In this document: piece after piece, positions 58,245-64,000 of the stretch
Numbering within the stretch: position 1 is the stretch's first letter
How the letters are laid out: each line of letters begins with the position of its first letter
From: Candidatus Zixiibacteriota bacterium
GTDB taxonomy: Bacteria > Zixibacteria > MSB-5A5 > GN15 > FEB-12
Direction: 5' to 3'
DNA: 64,000 bases
Assembly: GCA_024276275.1 (NCBI GenBank)
Contig: JAJRXM010000006.1
Location: 12,907 to 76,906, forward strand
Notes under the pieces: model-generated
What the model was told of the DNA's origin: nothing
Seen by the model: only the letters and a program-made list of their open reading frames with translations
The model's database searches: none
Made by a program: the position numbers and the translations under genes

Positions 58245-58535
58245 TTATAAGACAGAATCCAACCTACAAATAAGGTTATCAATTTTAGAGTTGATTTGCT
58301 TCTGAACATCTTCTTTTGATTCATTGTTTTCATAAAATTCAGAGGCGATTGACATTGCTGCTAAAATAGCAACTTTATCACGAGCAGCAACACGAGAGTT
58401 CTTTGCTGTCTCTTTCATTCTTAAATCGACATAATCAGCAATTCTGGAAATATAGGAGGGGTCGGAGACACCAGTTATCGGGTATTCTTCACCGTATATA
58501 TTAACAGTTACTTTATTTTCATCGGAATTTGTCAT
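58245..58535 (-). CDS. zapA: Cell division protein ZapA
   Basis: VTVNIYGEEY, IADYVD.RM, AILAAMSIA; pheT-zapB-zapA-rny synteny. Confidence 0.9.
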   Translation of the reverse strand: MTNSDENKVTVNIYGEEYPITGVSDPSYISRIADYVDLRMKETAKNSRVAARDKVAILAAMSIASEFYENNESKEDVQKQINSKIDNLICRLDSVL

Positions 58536-58628
58536 CAGTTTCTTATTTTCACTAATTCTTGTATTATCTTATCCTTCTATTACTTAAATAGAACGTGATT
58601 TGGGCAATTTATGTCAAGTAAAAAATTA

Positions 58629-58871
58629 CTATGACGCCAGCTCTTCTAATTGGTCTAAACGATTTAAAATGGTCGTTAATTTAGTTTTGACCCTGTCATT
58701 ATTGTCAGTTGAGCTAATTTTTAAACTATCGTAATCACGTTTATATCTCTGCAATTCAGCAGATAAATTGTTATTTTCTTCTTTTAGTTCTTTATTTTCA
58801 GTTTGAATTGTTTCTAGTTTTGTAATAAGCAGTTCTATTTTTTCAGTCAAAAGTTCAAATTTTGTATCCAT
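58629..58871 (-). CDS. ZapB-like coiled-coil protein
   Basis: 80-aa heptad protein upstream of zapA. Confidence 0.7.
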   Translation of the reverse strand: MDTKFELLTEKIELLITKLETIQTENKELKEENNNLSAELQRYKRDYDSLKISSTDNNDRVKTKLTTILNRLDQLEELAS

Positions 58872-58873
58872 AA

Positions 58874-61261
58874 TTATTTATCCCTAATCTCCACATTAAA
58901 GTTTTTCACTAAACTGTCAACGACTTTCTTTTGTGCCGCATCGACTTGCGAGATTTCAAGCGAGCTATCTTTGGAACGATAGCTGATTGAAATTGCAATT
59001 GATTTTTTTCCTTTTTCAATCTGTTTTCCCTGATATAAATCGAAAATTTCAACAGATTCAGCTATTTTTCCTGCAGATTTTTTAACCTGCTGAATTAATT
59101 CACCTGCTTTAATATCTTCTTTTACTATCATAGCTAAATCGCGCAAGGCTGCAGGGTAAATAGGTAACTCTTTAAATGCTATCAGTTTATTGCTTAACGA
59201 AAGTAAATAGTCGAAATTGAGTTCGGCAGCAAAGACATCTTGTTTAATGCCGGCTTTTTTAGCAACTTTTGGATTAATCTTTCCGATTAAGCCACATACT
59301 TTACCCTGCAATAAGACTTCAAATGAAATTTCTTTTTCAAAAAATGAAAATTCTTTTGGCGAGAAGGAAAATTCTCCCCATCCAAAATGTTCTGCCAACG
59401 CTTCCATCGCTCCGGTAATATCATAAAAATCACGAGGACGTGGTTTCTCACGCCATGTATGTTGGGTATTACCTGTAACAGCAAGAACTAACGACTCATC
59501 TTCTGCCCAATAATCTTTTTCATCCGGCGGTAAATATGTTTTCCCGATTTCAAAAATTGATAAATCAAGCGAACGATGCGAAACATTATGATGTATGACT
59601 GTCAAAGCTGTCTGTAAAAGACAATTCCGCATGATGTTTAAATCTTCAGATATCGGATTGGCAATATTCAGTTGTGGTCGTTCGGTATGTAGGATATTAG
59701 CCAACTTACTATCTGCTAAACCGTGAGAAATGAATTCATCAAAACCGACAGATGTAAGAACAGTACGGGTTTCTTTTTTGAATTTATCTTCATAGTGAAT
59801 CGGTGTATATAATGAACCGATATTTGTATTTGAAGCAGGTATATTTTCAAAACCGATTATACGGGAGATTTCTTCAATTAAATCAATCTCGCGTTCGATA
59901 TCAGGTCTGAAAGTCGGAACGGTAACTTCAAAGTCAGAATCACCTGTTACAGAAAATTCAAGGTCTTCGAAGATTTGTTTCATCTTGTCAGATGAAAGTT
60001 CGGTTCCGATAATATCGTTGCATCGTTTTGGACGAAACTTAATTTTTAAAGGTTCAATGATATTTGGATAGCAATCGACAATTCCTGATAACACTTCCCC
60101 ACCGCAAAGAGACTGCATAAGCGAGGCGGCATAGTCGATAGCATATTCAATTATATTCGGGTCGGCACCTTTTTCAAACCGTTGTGATGATTCAGTTACA
60201 AACCCAAGTTGGCGACGACTTTTACGAATCATAGACGCATTAAAATAAGCAGCTTCAAGTAGAATATTCTTTGTGTCACTCTCAACCTCAGAATCAAATC
60301 CACCCATGACACCGCCTGCCGCGACAGCATCTTTGCCGTTTGTAATGAGTAACACTTCCGGCGTTAATTCATGGTCGGCACCGTCGAGAGATTTAAAATG
60401 TTCTTTCTCTTTTGCCATTCTAACAACGACTTCTTTCGAACCGAAACGGTCGTAGTCGAAAGCGTGCAGTGGTTGTCCAAGTTCCAGCATAACTAAATTA
60501 GTAATGTCGACAACATTTGAGATAGGACGGATGCCTGAAAGAATCAGTTTCTTTTTGAGCCAATACGGTGATTCACCGATTGTAACATTCTTTATAATAC
60601 GGGCAGCATAACGAGGGCAAGCAGTTTTGTCTTCGATTGCAACTTTTATATAGTCGGACGCTTTTTCATTTGATTCGGTTAATTCAAACTGCGGTTTGTT
60701 TACTTTGATAGATGCAAGTGCTGCCATGTCTCGAGCAATTCCGACAGCCGACATAGAGTCAGGGCGGTTCGGGGTCAACTCAAAAGTCAGCATGAAGTCA
60801 TCTTTATAACCGAGTAGTTCTGAAAGCTCTTGTCCTGGAGTTGCCGATGAATCAATGACTAATATCCCTGCATGTTCATCGGAGAGTCCGAGTTCTCTTT
60901 CGGAGCAAATCATAGCTTCGGATTCGATACCTCGGATTTTAGCTTTTTTTATAACAATGCCACCGTCAAGTTTTGCTCCTAATGTGGCAACCGGAACTTT
61001 GAGACCTACTTCAATATTGGGTGCACCGCAGACAACATCGAGCTGACGTTCCCCTAAGTTTACGGTAGCCAGCCTAATTTTATCGGCACCCTCGATTTTG
61101 TTTATGGCAAGAATTTCACCTACAATAACAGACTGCATATATTGGTCAGCCGGTTCGATATATTCGCAAGCTGTACCGCAAAGAGTCAGACGGTCGCCGA
61201 GTTCCTCGGGGTTCCAATCTAATCCGGTCAATTCTATAAGCCATTTATATGAAATTTTCAT
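58874..61261 (-). CDS. pheT: Phenylalanine-tRNA ligase beta subunit
   Basis: MKISYKWL, VCGAPN, TPNRPD, GQPLHAFD, RFEKG, RPDIEREIDLIEE. Confidence 0.98.
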   Translation of the reverse strand: MKISYKWLIELTGLDWNPEELGDRLTLCGTACEYIEPADQYMQSVIVGEILAINKIEGADKIRLATVNLGERQLDVVCGAPNIEVGLKVPVATLGAKLDGGIVIKKAKIRGIESEAMICSERELGLSDEHAGILVIDSSATPGQELSELLGYKDDFMLTFELTPNRPDSMSAVGIARDMAALASIKVNKPQFELTESNEKASDYIKVAIEDKTACPRYAARIIKNVTIGESPYWLKKKLILSGIRPISNVVDITNLVMLELGQPLHAFDYDRFGSKEVVVRMAKEKEHFKSLDGADHELTPEVLLITNGKDAVAAGGVMGGFDSEVESDTKNILLEAAYFNASMIRKSRRQLGFVTESSQRFEKGADPNIIEYAIDYAASLMQSLCGGEVLSGIVDCYPNIIEPLKIKFRPKRCNDIIGTELSSDKMKQIFEDLEFSVTGDSDFEVTVPTFRPDIEREIDLIEEISRIIGFENIPASNTNIGSLYTPIHYEDKFKKETRTVLTSVGFDEFISHGLADSKLANILHTERPQLNIANPISEDLNIMRNCLLQTALTVIHHNVSHRSLDLSIFEIGKTYLPPDEKDYWAEDESLVLAVTGNTQHTWREKPRPRDFYDITGAMEALAEHFGWGEFSFSPKEFSFFEKEISFEVLLQGKVCGLIGKINPKVAKKAGIKQDVFAAELNFDYLLSLSNKLIAFKELPIYPAALRDLAMIVKEDIKAGELIQQVKKSAGKIAESVEIFDLYQGKQIEKGKKSIAISISYRSKDSSLEISQVDAAQKKVVDSLVKNFNVEIRDK

Positions 61262-62274
61262 TACTTGAACTGCCTTAAAAACCGAGTGTCATTATTAAAG
61301 AAAAGTCTAATATCATTAATTTTGTATTTTAACATTGCAGGTCTTTCGACTCCCATACCAAATGCATATCCGGTATATCTTTCAGAGTCAATTCCTGCTT
61401 TTTCCAATACATTTGGGTCAATCATTCCGCATCCTAAAATCTCAAGCCATCCGGCATATTTACATACACGACAACCTTTACCGCTACAGAGGAAACAAGA
61501 GATGTCAACTTCGGCAGAAGGTTCGGTAAACGGGAAAAATGACGGGCGGAATTTCAGCTTGACATCTTCTGAGAAAAACGCTTTGCAAAATGCAAGTATA
61601 GCACCTTTCATGTCTGCCATTGTCACCCCTTCATCAACAACAAAACCGTCAACCTGATGAAAAGCAACATGTGAACGGGTCGAGATTGCCTCATTTCGGA
61701 AACAGATACCCGGAGTAATAATTTTAATCGGAGGTTTGTGTGTTTCCAAAAAGCGAGACTGTACCGGAGTTGTGTGAGTTCTCAACAGTCTGTCATGTTC
61801 GACAAACATAGTGTCCTGCATATCACGGGCAGGATGGTCCGGCGGGAAATTAAGAGCCTCGAAATTATAATAGTCGGTCTCTACATTTGGACCACGTGCT
61901 ATTTCAAATCCCATCCCATGAAACGTATTACAAATATCTTCTATAACCTGTGTGATAATATGCACGACACCTGACTGAGTTTGAGTCCCAGGCAAAGTAG
62001 GGTCAAAAGCAGAAAGTTTTTTACCGCCTGAGAAGTTTTCTTTTTTCTCTTTGATAAGATTGTCTAATGCAGCTCTGGCCTTATTGGCAGATGCACCTAC
62101 TTCTTTTCTTTGGTCGTTAGGTAAATCTTTAAGGGATTTTAAAACTGAGGTAATCAGACCTTTTCTACCGAGGTAGGCAATCTGAATATCATTTAAAGAA
62201 TCGAGCGAGTCAGCTTTGCCGATTCGCTCGAGAGCTTCTTCCTGCAATTGCGTAATTTTATCGAGAACAGACAT
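61261..62274 (-). CDS. pheS: Phenylalanine-tRNA ligase alpha subunit
   Basis: HPARDMQDT, LRTHT, FHQVDG, FPFTEPS, GYAFGMGVER. Confidence 0.98.
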   Translation of the reverse strand: MSVLDKITQLQEEALERIGKADSLDSLNDIQIAYLGRKGLITSVLKSLKDLPNDQRKEVGASANKARAALDNLIKEKKENFSGGKKLSAFDPTLPGTQTQSGVVHIITQVIEDICNTFHGMGFEIARGPNVETDYYNFEALNFPPDHPARDMQDTMFVEHDRLLRTHTTPVQSRFLETHKPPIKIITPGICFRNEAISTRSHVAFHQVDGFVVDEGVTMADMKGAILAFCKAFFSEDVKLKFRPSFFPFTEPSAEVDISCFLCSGKGCRVCKYAGWLEILGCGMIDPNVLEKAGIDSERYTGYAFGMGVERPAMLKYKINDIRLFFNNDTRFLRQFK

Positions 62275-62292
62275 ATTTTCGCCGTTCCGCGA

Positions 62293-62643
62293 TTAATTTT
62301 CAGTCGCAATTTTAACAAGATTGCTGAATGTTGCCATATCACGAGCAGCAATATCAGCTAAAATTTTCCGATCTAAATTAACACCGGCTTTTTTCAAACC
62401 ATGTATAAAAGTAGAGTAGTTAGTACCGCACATTTTTGTTCCGGCTGAGATTCTGGCAATCCAGAGTGAGCGGAAAACACGTTTTTTATTTCGACGGTCA
62501 CGGTAGGCATAGGTCATACCTTTATTGACAGTCTCTAAAGCAGTACGGTATAGTTTACTGCGACCATTAAAATTGCCTTTTGCTCTATCGAGCACTTTTT
62601 TATGGCGTTTATGGGCAGCTACATTATTTTTTGCGCGTGGCAT
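62293..62643 (-). CDS. rplT: 50S ribosomal protein L20
   Basis: [29 protein letters not shown]. Confidence 0.98.
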   Translation of the reverse strand: MPRAKNNVAAHKRHKKVLDRAKGNFNGRSKLYRTALETVNKGMTYAYRDRRNKKRVFRSLWIARISAGTKMCGTNYSTFIHGLKKAGVNLDRKILADIAARDMATFSNLVKIATEN

Positions 62644-62674
62644 GTTCTATCTCCTAAAAACAATTCATTCTGAA

Positions 62675-62869
62675 TTAATACGGAAGCATTATTGCTAATT
62701 TGTTCATATCAGAAACAGATGCCAGCGTAGACTGACGAAGGTTTCTTTTTCTCTTGCGAGATTTTTTGGTCAAGATGTGTGAGCTGTACGCTTTGTGGCG
62801 TTTTAATTTACCGGTTCCGGTTCTTTTAAACCGCTTGGCAGCTGCACGATTTGTTTTCATTTTTGGCAT
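62675..62869 (-). CDS. rpmI: 50S ribosomal protein L35
   Basis: [28 protein letters not shown]. Confidence 0.98.
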   Translation of the reverse strand: MPKMKTNRAAAKRFKRTGTGKLKRHKAYSSHILTKKSRKRKRNLRQSTLASVSDMNKLAIMLPY

Positions 62870-62889
62870 TATACAAGCACCTTTATATA

Positions 62890-63522
62890 TTAATTACTTT
62901 CTTCTTTTACTGTATCTTCTGCTGTATCACTCAAGTTTTCAGTTTCTTTTTTCTGTCTTTTATCCGGTTTTGCCTGAGCTTCTTTTTGCAGTTTTCTCAA
63001 TTTCATTATTTCAGCATTCGGGCTAAGTACCATAATCATTTTACGACCTTCCTGCTTCGGCATACTGTCAACATTTGCAATATCTTTGAGTTCTTCGGCA
63101 AGTCTGTCTAAGACTTTGCGTCCATACTCAGTATGAGCCATTTCACGACCTCGGAACATGACAAATGCTTTCACTTTGGAACCTTCAGTAAGAAATTCGC
63201 GAACATGTTTTGTTTTAAACTGAAAATCATGTTCATCGATTTTCGGACGGTACCGCATTTCTTTCATTTGCATGGTATGCTGTTTTTTCTTCGACAGCTT
63301 ATCTTTTTTAGCCAACTCGTATTTGTATTTACCGTAATCCAAAATACGACATACCGGCGGGTTACTGTTCGGTGAAACTTCTACTAAATCTAACCCCATG
63401 TCAATCGCACGTTCAAGTGCTTCAGCTGTTGGAACAACGCCGAATTGGTCTCCATCCGGTCCTATAAGTCTGACCGGCGATATTCTAATACGGCTGTTTA
63501 TCCGCGGTTCCTTGGTGGCTAT
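62890..63522 (-). CDS. infC: Translation initiation factor IF-3 with non-canonical ATA start
   Basis: Frame stays open 41 codons upstream of the track start ([29 protein letters not shown]...) to ATA, 5 nt after AGGAGG; [20 protein letters not shown]. Confidence 0.95.
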   Translation of the reverse strand: MATKEPRINSRIRISPVRLIGPDGDQFGVVPTAEALERAIDMGLDLVEVSPNSNPPVCRILDYGKYKYELAKKDKLSKKKQHTMQMKEMRYRPKIDEHDFQFKTKHVREFLTEGSKVKAFVMFRGREMAHTEYGRKVLDRLAEELKDIANVDSMPKQEGRKMIMVLSPNAEIMKLRKLQKEAQAKPDKRQKKETENLSDTAEDTVKEESN

Positions 63523-63531
63523 ACTATCCTC

Positions 63532-64000
63532 CTAAAGGTTATTTTCTTCGTTTGTAATACCTTTTGATTTCAGCTCGGCTTGTAACATTTCCAAAGCTTC
63601 CTCAATAGATTTTGTACCGATATCACCTTGTCCGTGTCGTCTTATAGAGACTTGACCTGACTCAGCTTCTCTGGCACCTACTACAAACATATACGGTACC
63701 TTAAAAATTTCGGCATCCCGAATTTTGGCACCAACTTTTTCCGAACGTATATCAATTTCAGCTCGGAAATCGTTTTCTTTTAATTTCTTCGTTAATTCTT
63801 GAGCGTATTCATTTACCGAGTCGGTAATCGGTAAGACTTTTACCTGTGTAGGAGCAAGCCATAAAGGGAAATTACCGGCATAATGTTCAATGAGAACACC
63901 AAAGAATCTTTCAATAGAACCTAACAAAGCTCTATGTATCATAAACGGTCGCTTCTGCTGACCGGAAGAATCAATATACGACAAATCGAACCGTTCTGGC
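63532..64000 (-). CDS. thrS: Threonine-tRNA ligase, 3' part (gene starts beyond the window)
   Basis: [25 protein letters not shown], anticodon-binding domain. Confidence 0.97.
   Translation of the reverse strand, partial: PERFDLSYIDSSGQQKRPFMIHRALLGSIERFFGVLIEHYAGNFPLWLAPTQVKVLPITDSVNEYAQELTKKLKENDFRAEIDIRSEKVGAKIRDAEIFKVPYMFVVGAREAESGQVSIRRHGQGDIGTKSIEEALEMLQAELKSKGITNEENNL

Noticed and set aside
62275-62292. pheS leader, attenuator or T-box
   Set aside because: Only 18 bp separate rplT and pheS.
348-63375. Numerous 60-150 aa antisense or nested ORFs in the track
   Set aside because: They overlap well-supported genes on the opposite strand or another frame and lack RBS and motifs.

Overview
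AT-rich bacterial chromosomal segment, mostly minus-strand genes. A dockerin-like C-terminal module on one secreted protein and FlgD-Ig/T9SS-like tails on two others suggest candidate phylum Zixibacteria (FCB-related; inference). Housekeeping blocks: thrS-infC-rpmI-rplT-pheST-zapB/A-rny; yicC-gmk-rpoZ-topA-xerC-hslVU; murJ-comEC; rpsT; argF. The most striking locus (9.4-20.8 kb) is an expanded Mgl polarity module fused to type IV pilus genes: DUF4388, a small membrane protein, TPR-roadblock, membrane-anchored roadblock, roadblock, MglA with a long linker and MinD-like membrane-targeting tail, MglB, then pilB-pilT-pilC-pilS. Five sigma28/FliA-type promoter motifs precede this module, pilT, a tandem hemerythrin, a NadE-like/ACP/adenylation cluster and a REC-HisKA gene. 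Also present: two sigma54 promoters in front of apparently leaderless, degenerate-enzyme genes; a porin plus octaheme HAO-family cytochrome pair with matching Crp/Fnr-like boxes; and an accessory patch (52.1-56.5 kb) with an orphan DNA methyltransferase and an FG-GAP gene bracketed by 144-bp direct repeats made of REP-like palindromes. No rRNA, tRNA or CRISPR array was seen. All family assignments are by manual motif recognition, not database searches.
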